From contig NC_083282.1 in NCBI RefSeq assembly GCF_963506605.1, positions 8,928,001-8,992,000 on the forward strand: a stretch of 64,000 nucleotides of DNA, written 5' to 3'. Under the pieces are notes generated by a model, which saw only the letters and a list, made by a program, of their open reading frames with translations, did not search any database and was not told the DNA's origin. The DNA is from Zootoca vivipara (Eukaryota). Below, piece by piece: positions 1 to 12,939 of the stretch. Position numbers and translations under genes: made by a program. Every line of letters starts with the position of its first letter. Positions within the stretch are counted from its first letter, which is position 1.

Positions 1-99
1 AACAGAGCTGAACACAGAAAATGAAGATCTAAGGGCATGCATTCTGTGGGGCTCATTTCAGCCCAACCCCACCCTAATCCACTAGTGCCTTCCATCAAC

Positions 100-740
100 T
101 TCAGCTGGTGACCCAGCTGCACCCCTATCCGGACAAGGATAGCCTAACTTCTGTCATCTATGCTCTGGTAACCTCCTGGTTAGATTACCGCAATGAGTTA
201 AGTGTGGGGCTGCCTCCAAAGAAGGCCAGAAACTTCAGCTGGTGCAGAATTCAGCAGCCAGGTTGCTCACTAGGGCAAGGTGGTTTGAGCATACCGGTAT
301 TACACCAATCCTGGCCTGATTGCACTGGCTGCCAATTAGGTTCCGGGCCCCACTCAAAGTGCCTTAGACAGAGCCGTAGAACCTCATGGACTGCTTCTTC
401 CCATATGAACTGACCCAGACCCTGTGATCATCATCTGAGGCCTTTCTTTGAGTGCCTCCTCCATGAGAGCTCCAGAGGATGGCGATGCAAGAATGGACCT
501 GTTCTGTGGGGTCCACTCCACGAGGAGACTTGCCTGGTGCCTTTGTTACACATCTTTAGGTGTCAGGCAAAAATATACTTCTTCTTTCAGGCCTCTGGCT
601 AATTAAACAATCAATCCACCTTTTAAACTTTGTGTGGAAGGTTTATACTTGTGTTCGTTACTACATTATGTATTTTTGTGTTTTTATACTGTAAGCTGGC
701 CTGTGATCCTCGGACGAAAAGTGGTATGTAAATTGCAAAA
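100..740 (+). mobile_element. L2-clade LINE, degraded ORF2 C-terminus and 3' end
   Basis: Translation VIYALVTSWLDYRNELSVGLP resembles the L2 ORF2 motif (VHALVTSRLDYCNALY.GLP), followed by aaacttcagctggtgcagaattcagcagcc. Frameshifted; boundaries approximate. Confidence 0.75.
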
Positions 741-1895
741 TGGTAGCCGTTGCTACAGGGGGCTCTTCTCTAGGCTTGCTGGCAGCTGGCACAAACTCCT
801 CTTGCCTCTGAGGAGCTGGTAGGCCAAAGGACCCATAAGGAACTTGGGGGCTGAGATGACCTCAGCCATTACCCCACCTTCCCATCCTTTAAACTGTGAG
901 GGAGCAGTGCCTCTGCAGTTTAAAGGATCCTGTTGGGGGTACCGGGCCAAAGGAGATGCACTGACAGGCTCTCGTCCTCCATGGCCAATGACCAGTCCCC
1001 ACTGCATTTGGTTCATGAGCTGAAAGGAAGAAAATGGGAAGCTGCTCACTTCCCTTTCAAACTAAGTGCCAACCTCTACCAGCTGGAGGCTCGTACCTGT
1101 GCCCTGTGCCCTGCTTTCTCCTGCCAATATTAACTGGGAGAAACATGTGCTGCCTTAGTCAAACTGTTTGTTTTTAGGGGTAGACTTTGAGAACCTTATG
1201 CATGCTGCCTTGAGTTCCTTGATGGAAGAAAAGCAGGATATGCTGTCTACTATTTTATGGAATTGTCTTCCAGTTGAGGCTGGACTGGTCCCTAGACTGT
1301 TGAACTTGCTGTTCCTACTGAATACTTTTTTATTTTATTTTATTTCAGCAGGCATTTAAACTGAATTCTTGTATTACAGTTTAGCTGATTTTTATCTTTC
1401 TTGTATTGAGTCACTTGGACACTGCTTAGAGACAAATGTAATTAAGCAGTATATAAATGGTCAAAATAAACGTTAAATAAAAATAAAAGTTGAAGTTAAA
1501 AATGTTACCACTCAAGCAGGGGGGCATCCTGTTCATTTACACTGGCACAGATGCTTAGATCATCAGTTTAGTGCAGACAACACAGACTTGATGTTCATTA
1601 CAAGCATCTCATGTACTCAAAAAACATATCATGCAAGCAAAGCCAAAGTCAACTCAGTTTGGAGCAAATATACCTTCAACAGATTAGCAGATTAAATAAA
1701 AGTATGTAAATGACAATTAAATAGATTTACATGTTGCAAACTTGTGAAGATGCTCTCCCTACCCAGGATTTCGAAACTCATTTTAATTCCCCCCCCCAGT
1801 TTATTAAAGAAAGTCCTAGAAGGAATGGAAAGCTCTACCCCCTCACCAAATCACCAAATCCAGAAATAGGGAGTATTATAGGAACATGATACAGC

Positions 1896-2393
1896 CAGGG
1901 CCGGCGCGCTAATAAAGGCAAACCAGGCCACTGCCTAGAGCACCAAAATTGAGGGGCGCTGTGCTGGCCAGCCCGCCCGCCACTGCTTGCAGGGCCGTCC
2001 CTAGACTCGGGCTGGGGGGTGCCAGGACACCTGGCGAACAGGGGCACTGTGGGGAGGAGGACGCAGGAGCCGATCCTCCTCTGAGGCCGCCGCCACTGTG
2101 CGCGCCTTCTGGAGGCTGGCCTGGGCGCGCACAGCAGCAGCGGCCGCTGTCTCCGTGCCGCTGTCGGCACCGCTTCTTTCCTGCTCTCGGCCGCTTCCGG
2201 CCGCTTCCTCCCGCTCGGCCCAGAGGCGCCCGCAGCCTCTGATTGGCTGCAAGAGCAGGAAGGAAGCGGCACCGGCAGTGGCATGGAGACAGCGCCCGCT
2301 GCCCAGGCCAGCAACATGGGCTCTGTGCCCCTTTTCATCCCTACTGCCATTCACACTGGGGGGGGGCAGAAGGTGACCCTAGCACCGGCCCTG
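1896..2393. mobile_element. Non-autonomous hAT element (Tip100-like termini) with GC/CpG-rich interior
   Basis: TIRs cagggccggcgc / gcaccggccctg (11/12). Perfect 8-bp TSD gatacagc at 1888-1895 and 2394-2401. Confidence 0.9.
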
Positions 2394-2595
2394 GATACAG
2401 CCAAAAGTACTGAATGCAATCCAGTTTACATTTCCACTGAGCAACATCACTTTGCCTTGCCTTTGGTGTTGTCATCCTAAAAGGCAAACTATCTGCTAGC
2501 TTTGTACAGAAATGGAGGAAAAGCCATAATTGGGAGCCAGGTGAAAGAAGCTACTGGTAGTTTGCACCTCTCCACAACATTGCCTATATTTAATA

Positions 2596-2800
2596 TAGGG
2601 TTGCCATATTGAAAAAAATATTTCAAAAAGTGAAAATCCAGACACAAAAGTGGGTGGGTTTTTTGGGGGGGGAGGCAAAATCTAAAAAAAAAGAGTTTTC
2701 AGCTATTTTAAATGACATTTGCCAAAATCTACACTTCCTACATGGGCTGCTATATGTCCAGATTTTCCAGGACATTTCAACAATTTCAGCCCAGACAATG
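2596..2800. mobile_element. Truncated hAT-like MITE (tagggttgccata terminus)
   Basis: Same terminus type as the element at 19779. No matching right end found. Confidence 0.45.
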
Positions 2801-3497
2801 TTTACAAGGCCCAAACACCAGCTGTGTCTGGGAAGTTCCCAATTTCTCCCTAAGTGTCCCACTTCCTGGCATGTAATGAACTGTTGTTGTTTTACTAGTA
2901 AAGGATAACCTCCAAATCAGCCAGTTTGCCGTTTAAAATGCCAGCTTCTGTGCTCTAATAAATTGAAAATCTAGAAAAAACAGATGTGTGAAATCTAAAT
3001 GTAAGAATTAGCAATGTTGCTTTTTTTTAAATGCAGCAATGGAAAACACAGGCTGTAGTTAATATTTTAAAAGCTATATCAGAATGGGAAGGCAGCATAG
3101 ATTCTTTGCATTCTAAAGCTTCAATCACTGGCATCATAACTGAAAAGAAGACCTCAGGTAGGCTGGGCTGGCAGTCTGGGAGCTTAGAAAGCTGCTGCCA
3201 GTCAGAGCACATAGTGCAGGGCTAAATGGACCAACGGTCTGATTAATGCTGTGTGTGCGTGTGCACACTGATGAAATCCAGAAGCTCCATCTCCTGAACC
3301 CCCCCCCCCCCGTTGAGTGAAATCATGGCTTCCCTGAAGCCTTCTAAAAACAGCTGCCTGCAAACATTTCTCATAAATGTGGACCCTTTGAGGCTCAAAG
3401 ATACACAACTGAAAATTAGGGGGCGAGATAAGAAATGCTTACGGCAGCTTAAACTTCTAGCCACTCTGCGGCGGCACCTGATATTAAACCACACTCA

Positions 3498-3500
<3 letters not shown>

Positions 3501-3564
<64 letters not shown>
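3501..3564. repeat. (TC)n microsatellite
   Basis: Direct reading. Confidence 0.97.
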
Positions 3565-3568
<4 letters not shown>

Positions 3569-3611
3569 ACATAAGCTTCTTTCGAGCTGAAGGCTCGAGC
3601 CCTCTCCTCAT

Positions 3612-3751
3612 NNNNNNNNNNNNNNNNNNNNNNNNNNNNNNNNNNNNNNNNNNNNNNNNNNNNNNNNNNNNNNNNNNNNNNNNNNNNNNNNNNNNNNNNN
3701 NNNNNNNNNNNNNNNNNNNNNNNNNNNNNNNNNNNNNNNNNNNNNNNNNNN
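3612..3751. other. N-run, 140 nt (probably masked sequence)
   Basis: Run of N with unique, enhancer-like flanks. Confidence 0.9.
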
Positions 3752-4774
3752 CATTAAATAGGGGAGGGTAATAAAAAAATTAAGCTCTCTGTGCATAGCA
3801 ACAGAGTCTTCCTCAGTTGCACTCCAGTCTCTCATCAGGCCCATTCAGATGTTGGTGGTGGAGATTAGCGCATTTCCAACACCTTGGTTTTCTCAGGGCA
3901 GTTGCCTTGCTTGGGGAGGGATGCTTTGCCCTCTTTTCAGAGTCCTGGCCTCTGTTCAATCAGATAAAAACATTCCAGCACACGTTGTCAAAGATCTTGG
4001 TCCTCCCATTCAAAGCCTGCATGGGATATTCTCAAAATACACAGCCTCAGGAGTGCTAAGAATCCAGCACGCAGAAGGGTAAGCCCAGTGTGCTCCACAC
4101 ATTGTGGAAAGATTGGAGATGATTGGTATATTGAATGCTAATCGTTTGCTGCAAGCTGTGGGCTGATGACGGGGGGGGGGGGTCTGTTCGGTAGCCTTGC
4201 AATCAAAAGATGCAATCATCTGCATGCATTATTGAAAGAAAACCCCACCACTCTTAGTAAAGTTTTATTCTTAAGCATGAAGATAGCAGAGTCTCCTGCC
4301 TATGTTTTGTGTGCTTTTTGCTTGCGTTACTTACAATATTTGGATTTCTGCCTACTTAACCACAAGAGCTGATCCCCGAGGGAGGGACCTCTGTGTAAAG
4401 GCATTTGCCTATATGCTGTAAAGGGAGGCAGTGCAATTTAAACACTCCTTCAGCTGCTAACCACACTAACCATTGCTAAGTGTGGTAGCTCTGGGGCTAT
4501 GCAGATGCTAAGTTGTGCCCAGTGCAGATGATGCAGGAGATATGTGGATCAGATCCACCTCAGAGACCAAGGAGTGCAGAATGCGTCATGTGGGCACAAC
4601 AAAGGGGGAGTGATGGGGGTTTGCTGAAGAAGTTAGCAAGGATGGAGGGGGAGGGGATATCGGGAAGGGCCACATCAACACCGACCTTCTTTTACCTTTT
4701 TGCTATTCTTCAGCTAACACAGATTCAAAAGACTATTTCTGCTTGCCCTGCCCCAGAGATAAGCCAGTCTTCTG

Positions 4775-5005
4775 CCTGGCTAGGACAGTGCTGGATCAGG
4801 CCCAAGCCTCATCTAGTCCTGCTTCCTGTTCTAACAGTGGCTGACCAGATGGGATATGGGAAGCCAGGAATCATGAGATGGGTGCACTCTCCTAGTCATG
4901 ATCTCTAGGAACAGGTATCCAGAAGCATAGCACAATGATACTGGAGGCATGGCAGCCATTATTATAACCACTGATAGACTTATCCTGCATGCATTTGTGT
5001 AATCA
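4775..5005 (-). mobile_element. Old CR1-type LINE 3' end fragment
   Basis: gctggatcaggcccaagcctcatctagtcc...ctaacagtggctgaccagatg motif, shared with copies at about 12150, 12980, 37715 and 45850. Confidence 0.6.
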
Positions 5006-5497
5006 TGCAAAATCAGCTCTTTTCACCACAATGCACTCCCCCCCCCCAAAAAAAGTAACAGTAAAGTGTTGCCGCCCAAGCATCTCGCTGGCCATATAAT
5101 TTATATAATGAAAATGTTGGAATTTAGACATTCCATTTAAGCTTCTTCAAAAATCTAAGGACCTCAAACCTGGCGGGATTTGAAAATCGATGGAATTAAC
5201 TAAGGGAGATGTCCACTAAGTAATCAGCAGGTACAGCAGACCTGAAATTCTATAAAGAAAAATGGAAAGAGATGACATTGAGGGAGGCAGTGGGGATTAA
5301 AAAATGAGCATCCGAGTGGTAAAGGCGCACATCCATTGATCGCTGCATTAGGGATTAAGGCTTCACCGAGCAGTCAGAAGATTCTGTAGCAGAAAATGGT
5401 TACAGAGGATGAGCATGAGCACAGCAGAGATATATAACCTCTGACAGCCAAGCACGACTGAGACAGAGGACAGCTCTCTAGTGAACCTTGGAGAAAA

Positions 5498-5521
5498 GTG
5501 TGTGTGTGTGTGTGTGCGCGT

Positions 5522-5553
<32 letters not shown>
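5498..5553. repeat. (TG)n...(CA)n compound microsatellite, imperfect palindrome
   Basis: Direct reading. Confidence 0.9.
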
Positions 5554-5557
<4 letters not shown>

Positions 5558-6810
5558 GCCATTATGGTCTGGCTAGATTGTATAGCTATCCTGCTATCCG
5601 AACACAATACATTCTCAGGAAATCATTTGTTAGGTGAGCATTCAAATAACGAGTTGATGATTCCCATTGATTTCTATGGGGGAAATTCTAATGTGTTCCC
5701 AAGCACAGAATTTTGACCCCAAAATAACCAAAACAAAAACAAAAAATAGGAAAACCCAGGAAAACCCTCTGAAATCTTGCAAAATGAAAACAAAGGGGGG
5801 GGGGAGAAATGCTCTCCTAATTGTCCAGTATCTCCCACTTCTTCCCACTGTGGTTTCTGGATAAACAGCTGCCGCAGACCAGCGAAACACAAAAAGTCTG
5901 GCTTGTTTATGCCTGCTTATTTGTTTATAGTACTATACAAGGTCTAGCTGTTTGGATATCTGAACCCGCAGTGTGTGTAGCGAGGTTTGGGTACTAATTT
6001 CTTGTATTTGGATAATGAATTTTCATATGGTGGGACCTGCATATATTCCATACTGCCAAGAGCCAACTCCAAACCAAGTTCTACCTCCATGGAATGGCTA
6101 CGAGAAATATTCCCACCCATCACTTAGAAGCACACAGAAATGTTTTGTCGGATTGTGTCACCCATCAGATCTTCTTTTGAGAAAGCTACATGGACATCCT
6201 GACAAAACAAACCCTCATGCCTGTGCTCTTGTGAAGCATTCCAAGGAGCCTCCCTGTGAAGGCAAGACATTGCATCAGACCCACCAGCAGCCCAACCAAA
6301 TGCCCTCCCGCTTCTTAATATGTTGTGCCAGTGCTCCCCCCCCCCCCTAGAAAAATAGGTGCTGGTACTCACCATGAAGTTGCTCTCTTGTGAGGTAGTC
6401 ATGGTTTGCTGTAACCATTGTTTATTTAGTTTATTGCTATAGCCCCACTGTGGTTGATTCATTCATTCCAACCAGCATTACCCTGAAATTATGAGTTGAA
6501 GTGGATTTGCAAATGGTGGGTTTTGGAAATCTAACCATACTTGGTTTGAATGATTGATATCAGCCCCTATAACTAACAGTCAAGAATGTCTGACCAGTTT
6601 TTAATATGTTTTATATTTCTATTGTTCTCTTCCTTTTGCGCACCACCACCACCCTGCCTGTTGCAAAAATACTTCAAGCCAGCAAGCAAACAAACAAATA
6701 ACACTGTCCTGATCTCGCAGCCCATTTAACCTGAGACTTAAACGCTTACAGTTCTTTCCTCTGCCTACTCAAACCAATGCATGAGTGGCTCCTGCTGCTG
6801 GCATAGAAAT

Positions 6811-7415
6811 AAAAGGTACTCTGGGGTTGCGACGCTCATCTCGCTTTACTGGCCGAGGAGGGAGCTGGCGTACAGCTTCCAGGTCATGTGGCCAGCATGA
6901 CTAAGCCACTTCTGGCGTGTTGTTGGGGGGGGGGGGGTTGGTGCAACACCCATCCTCCCAAAATCCCTTCACCGCGCCCGGATAATGCTATTTACTCTAT
7001 TGTCTTTTATTGTACCGAAACTATATAAATATCTGAAATTTCCATTGTTCCGGGTTCTTCTCCATCGCCTGTCGTGAGAGCAAGAACCCTGTTGCCAACA
7101 GCTTTACTTAATTAACGGATTGGGCTTAACTAGCCGCGTTGCTCTCAGCTATACTCTGGTCTTGGTCTCTGTCATTTTGGGTTCAGCGGTTGTTGTTGTT
7201 GTTGTTGTTTTACAAAACAGCACCCTGCTGGGGTTGGGATCCCACCCGGGATCGGACCCATTTTCTTGGGGCTTCCTCCTTCAAATTTTCACAACAGGCA
7301 AACCAGAGCAGCGCACGGAAATGCCGTTTACCTTCCCGCTGGAGTGGTACCTATTTATCTACTTGCACTTTGACATGCTTTTGAACTGTTAGGTGGGCAG
7401 GAGCTGGGACCGACG
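6811..7415 (-). mobile_element. Sauria SINE (partial), interrupted by a solo LTR
   Basis: 6811-6917 and 7297-7415 are collinear halves of the SINE seen intact at 20304-20654 and 57816-58170. Confidence 0.85.
6918..7296 (+). mobile_element. Solo LTR (379 bp)
   Basis: Termini TGTTGT...ACAACA. 4-bp TSD ggcg/ggca (consistent with CpG decay). TATA-like tatataaa at 7022-7029. Splits a SINE cleanly. Confidence 0.8.
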
Positions 7416-7770
7416 GGATCCACGACCGCCGGATCCCTTAAGGATACCCCTATAAGAGGAGGGTTGGATGATGGCCACAACCAGTCCTCGAACACACCAG
7501 ACAACTCCATGATCCGACGAGGAGCAGCGCGAAAAGGGGCGATCTGGAGGCTGCCGCGCTCTTTTAGAACAGGTAACTCTGCCCACAGCTGGCCCTATTG
7601 GCCAGCCAGGGCCCTGAGCGCGGCAGAGGTATAGGTAGAGCAGGGGGCCGAACGCACACCCCTGCTCAGCGCGTACAGCAGGTCCCGCCCGCAAATTCCC
7701 CCCTCTCTGAAGAGGAGGGATCTTTTCAGCCAATCAGAGGGACAGCTTTAAAAGCCTGGGCTTCACCATT
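7416..7770 (+). mobile_element. Unclassified CpG-rich repeat fragment, possibly LTR U3
   Basis: Replaces the SINE 5' end. CCAAT (about 7729) followed by TATA-like tttaaaa (about 7747). No termini resolved. Confidence 0.35.
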
Positions 7771-8353
7771 TTTAGAAGGAAACAGCCATTTCATAGCAAC
7801 ATAGAGTTAAAGCTGGACGTGGATTGAAGCGACTTTGGGGTCACAAAAGCCCCATGCTTTTTATGTGTGCTTTTAAGGGCTTTTACCTTTTTTCTTGGCT
7901 TTCTTTCCCATACCCAAAGGGAGTTCACATTAAAACAAGGAGCACAAGGTAGCATATTGGATTCTCTCCCTTCTTCACTTAATCCCCTCAACAACCCTGT
8001 GAGGCAGGTTAGGCTGAGATCAACTTGTGAAGAATTTTCTGGCTCAGACACCCCACTGATGTCTGCATTGTTAATGAAAATGCATTCATCTGTTTGTGTA
8101 TTGAACTTGTTTAATAAATAAGAATATTAAATCTATTTGTTGTGTATTTAATTCTACATATATTTAATCAAATATGTTAATTGTGTATATTAAATAATAT
8201 TAACTACACTGCGTGCACTTTAATCAATGGTATGGAAATTTAATTCAGTGTGTGGCCCTCAGGTTCTGGGTCAAAGTACTCTTGCGGCCCACTTGATCTG
8301 AGACGGTGGACCTCTCTGTCTTAGTATCTCTGGCGGAGCTCTTCTCTGCATGA

Positions 8354-8917
8354 TGTCAGGGACTGGCTGGATGATGAGGAGTGGTGGGAGGCACCCGCTG
8401 GGGAACCCCTAAGGGAACCCCCAAAGGAGGCAGGCTCAGAGCCCGGGGATTGGTGGTGGGACACCGAGGAGAGGTCAGCCGGAGAACAGAGGGAGGAGTT
8501 GCTGGATGCTGAAGGGGCAACAGTATTTAGTGGGGGGGGGGAGCCTTAGAAAGGGAAATTCCGAAAGCAGAGGAGGAGGGCCAAGAGAATGCAGAAGAAT
8601 ACAGGGAGCCTGCCTCTCCTACTGTGACAGGCTCCCCTTCCTCCTTGTGTCCAAGGACACAAAGAGTGGGGCATAGAACAGAACAGAGATTAGAGATGCC
8701 CAGGCATAGTTTGAGACTGCTTGGGAAACATCTGGCAGAAGAAGAGCCTTACAGGGGGTTGAAGGTGGGGGACCGTCAGTCATGGCAGCTGCTCCTTGGG
8801 GCAAGTCTTACTGGGAAGCATTGCTGAGTTGCAAGGCGCTTGTTTGAATCAAGAGTTAACTCCTCTGACAAATTCTGCTTCTTGCTTGCCGACTCGAGTC
8901 TGACTCCAGCCTGGACA
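8354..8917 (+). mobile_element. Putative Gypsy-type solo LTR, copy 1
   Basis: TGTCAGG...CCTGGACA termini. Homologous to 45100-45661. No clean TSD. Confidence 0.6.
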
Positions 8918-10734
8918 GATACCACTATTGGGGGTGGTGCTGCAAAAAACGTGGCAGAGTCTTCTCTGCCATGGTGCTCTGCTTGTGGAATGCCCTCTCC
9001 TTAGAAGCATGTGTAACCAGTGACACTTCTGTTATTTCACAGGCAAATAAAGGCAAGTATAGGCCTCTTTGTTTGCCCAGGCATTTTCAGTGTGTCAGTT
9101 AGTGTATTAATTTGATGGTGGAATCATCAACCTACTCTATAGGTTCAGCTGCACTTACTGTTTAATTATATTTTAAGAGATGCATTTTGTTTTATGGGGT
9201 TTATGTACCCTATATTTTGCACCTTGCCCTGGGATCTACTGTAACAAAGGGTGGTGCGCTTTAAAGATTTCTATTTTACGATCATGGGGAGTTGAGCTGA
9301 AAACCTTTTGACAGAATGGGCTCTGGTAGACAGTTGCACATAAAGGACCTTTTGTACCTTGATGGGGAAATTTGGGTTTATTTATGGTAAGACAATGGAC
9401 AAAGTTCCAAAATAGGAAGCCTCTGGCAATTTCCAACATCAACAGGACCACACAAATGTCCCCTTCAGGTTTGTTCAGCTTCTTTTAACCACTTCAGAGC
9501 AAAAATGCGTGTGCACAAACCAGTCAACAAGTGTGAAATTTCCTGCACCTGGAAACGTATGGTCACTGTTACCAAAGTTCTCAACCCTCGGAGCTTTACA
9601 ATATCACCAGATGAGCTGCTGTTTAAGGGTACCACCATCTCAGTTTCATTCTTAAAACCAAAAACAACAAATAATATAAGATATTCGAAGGAAAGGGCCA
9701 ATTCAAAAAGAGAGCTGGTCATACCAGTTAAGAACCAGCTACGTGGTCAAAGCCTCCTGCTATTCTCTCTGTAAGCAATGAGGAGTTTGTCAAAGTTGTT
9801 TGCAAAAAGAAAGAAAGAAAGGCTTACCAGAATATGCTGGCAATTTAAAACTAGACCCCTAGATTTGCAAGAGTTGCAGTCAAATGTAGGGGTCTTAACA
9901 AGTTGCAGCAATAAAAGAAGACTGGGAAAGGATGGGTTATCGCGTAGCCTCCCCCTAAACTGAGGGAAGCAGGGGATCAATTGCACTGGCAATTCTGTGG
10001 ATGTGCTCCCAGCTTTATGCAAGTCAGAGTTAGCTATATTAGCTGAATTAAAAGGGGGGGGAGCCCTTCCCATAATGGCTTGGGAACATGCTGTTTCACC
10101 TTTCCTTGCTGACAGGATGAAACTGCAATGGCTAGAGTGTTTCAGCAGGAAGCCTCTGTTCCTCATAAGCCAGCCACATCCCCGGTTCAGTGTCTCAGGA
10201 GGTCACAGGTCCAAGTCCAGTGAATCCCCAGCGAGCCTCCAATTCTTCATAAATATGCAACGTTCCAAGTCATTGCAAGCAAAATGTCAGCTGTGCCAGA
10301 AGGGCTTTTAAGCAGACACACACTCCAGAGATAATGTCTCCACGTAGATTTGAGTGGACATTCACTTCACTTCAAATGACAAAGGCACTTTAGCACTAGC
10401 AGATAGAGAATTCTACATGTTGCCCATTCACCCGCCCCCATCTCTTTCCTTATTTTCCCATTAGCAATTCATACTGCAAGCAATTACATAAACATGCGCC
10501 ATGTTGGGCAGTTCAAGAAACTAGAGTAATAAAACCCTTGCTGATTCTGTACCACGCAGTCAGATGCCCGGATTCTCAGGGACCAACCTGCAAGGCACTG
10601 CATGATTTGTGACTCATTGTGAAACAGCGCTCCTAGATCTTGAAAGAAGAGCCAGCAGAAGTAGCCTACAAATAAGAGATGGGCAGCCTGGGTTCCTGAG
10701 GTCTGTCAAGAACCACTCATCTGCCCACTTTTCT

Positions 10735-11165
10735 AAATATTTATTTCTTAATTTTATATACTGTCCTTCATCTGAAGATCACAAGGTGGCTTACAGTATA
10801 AAAACACAAAATGCACAGCAGAAGGAGGAGGAGGGGAAAACAATACCCCTCAGACACATTTAAAAGGCCATCCATTGTTTAATCAGCCAAAGGTCTGGGT
10901 AAAGAGGGATGTTTCTGCTTGGTGCCTAAAGATATATACAATGATGGTGCCAGGGAAGCCTCCCTGGGGAGAGCATCACACAAATGGGGAGCCACTGCAG
11001 AAAAGGCCCACTCTCGTGTTGCCGCCCTCTGGACCTCTTGTAGAGAAGGCACACAAAGAAGGGCCTCGGATGATGGCAAGGTCCGGGCTGGAGAGGAGAG
11101 GCGGTCCTTGAGGTATTGCAGTCCTGATCCATTTAAGGCTTTATAGGTCGAAGCCAGTACTGGGC
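10735..11165 (-). mobile_element. L2-clade LINE 3' fragment
   Basis: Translation TYKALNGSGLQYLKDRL...AFSAVAPHLCDALP is typical of the L2 ORF2 C-terminus. (taaa)-rich tail. Confidence 0.8.
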
Positions 11166-12939
11166 CCCAAAACAAATTGTCTATGGGATTTATGAACTCC
11201 CTATGCCTTAATTTGCCTATCTTATTTGAGATCCAGACTTGGCAGTGCAGAGATGTAGGGACAGAACCTGCTCACGCATAAACTTAAAGGGCAGCTGTGG
11301 GCAACTCTCTTTTACTCAACACAACCTACTGAACAGAGCTGCAGTTGCAAATAAGATAGGTTGACACCATTTATGTCATCTCAAGTTCTTGGGAGGAAGG
11401 ATAGAATACAAATATGATTAATAAATCCATAAGTAATGTTATGAGGGACTCATTTTAGTAATGGCAGCATTCTACTAATATTGAGTAATCAACTCAATCA
11501 AAATGTTGAGCGTTTCAAGTGCTTAGCCTGCACAACCTTCAGCCATAATGCCACAAAAAGCAAAGAAGTTATCTGCAGCACAACACAGTCAAAGGATCGC
11601 TGACGTAGTGCAATTCAGTTTTCATTTGTAAACTTACACCACAACTTTAGCTTGAGAAACACAAGCTATAGATTTTAAAACCCTTTAAAAGTCTTGTGTA
11701 AATGCTTATCAACAAACAACAGCAGCAATTATATGCTGCCAATACTAAATATTCACCTTTTAAGTGTCCTCTTCTGACACATAGTTTCACAAAACCAATG
11801 ACAGGCATGCGTGTTGTTATCACATCTGCCTGAGGGCTACTTCACACATTATAATATTTCTGTACAGGGATCTACTCTGTGTGTACCATAATTTGAGATG
11901 TAATAGTCTTTAGTTTCCATTTCATATTTTATTACTGTTCCAGTTGGATAATGAGCAAGTCTTCTCCCAATGCCTGTGGCACCAACACTCCTCCTTTTGA
12001 AGGATGCCTTGATAAACCAGGATAGGCCCCCTGCTATTTCATCTGAACTGGGAAACCATGGTTAGCAGCTTCACAACAAGACAGGAGATGAAACATCCGG
12101 GGCTAGGGTTGGTATGCCGCAACATCCCTCATGCCTTGTTCTTGGACTCCCCGGAGGCTTCTGGCTAACCACAGTGGGAAACAGGATGCCGACTGCATGG
12201 ACCTTTAGCCAGATCCAGCTAAGGCCTTGTTTTTTTAAAAAAAGACTTGCTGTCAAAATGAAAGTAGCAGTACCTTCTTTCTCTTCCCCCCAACCCTGCC
12301 CCTGGCCACACACGAGCATTTCTTCTTAAAAACAAAGCTTTCCTGCCACTTCAAATGGAACCAGACAGGCAACCATATCTCCCCACAATGTTTCTGGAAC
12401 AGTATGTCATGCCATAGTGTCATTCCGATTGGGGCATGATGGCCCCCTGCCCACTTGCTTGGAGGATTTTCTCTACGAATCAGTGAAAAAAGGCTTCATT
12501 TTTAAGTTGAGGGAGGGGAGAGGTAGCTACTGTTGCTTTTACTTGTAATGGCCTATCAGCACTTAACTTTCGCCTCACCCTTTCTAGGCAGAGGTCCGTG
12601 TTTTAACGCTCCATGTCCAAGCTTGTTTTTATTTCTTGGCCCCGAGCTTTCCCTGCGAGAACTTGCTCTTTAAAGCTGAATCGCAGCAAATGTCAATTTG
12701 GGTCTCCCGCAGATTGCCATTTGCTATGCTTGAGCTTTAAAGAGAGGGTTTTTGTGACAAAAGCTCCGGAGCCCCCCAAAAGGGGGGGGGTGTTCGGATC
12801 TAGAGCTTTAAATTGCGGGCTGCCCTGGGGGGGGGGAGTGGAGAAATTGTGAGCATGGATAAGCCACCCCACCCCAAAGTTCAGGATTTTCTACTTGCTA
12901 CCACCCACCAACAGCCGAGGCAGAAATACTGCCAAAGAC

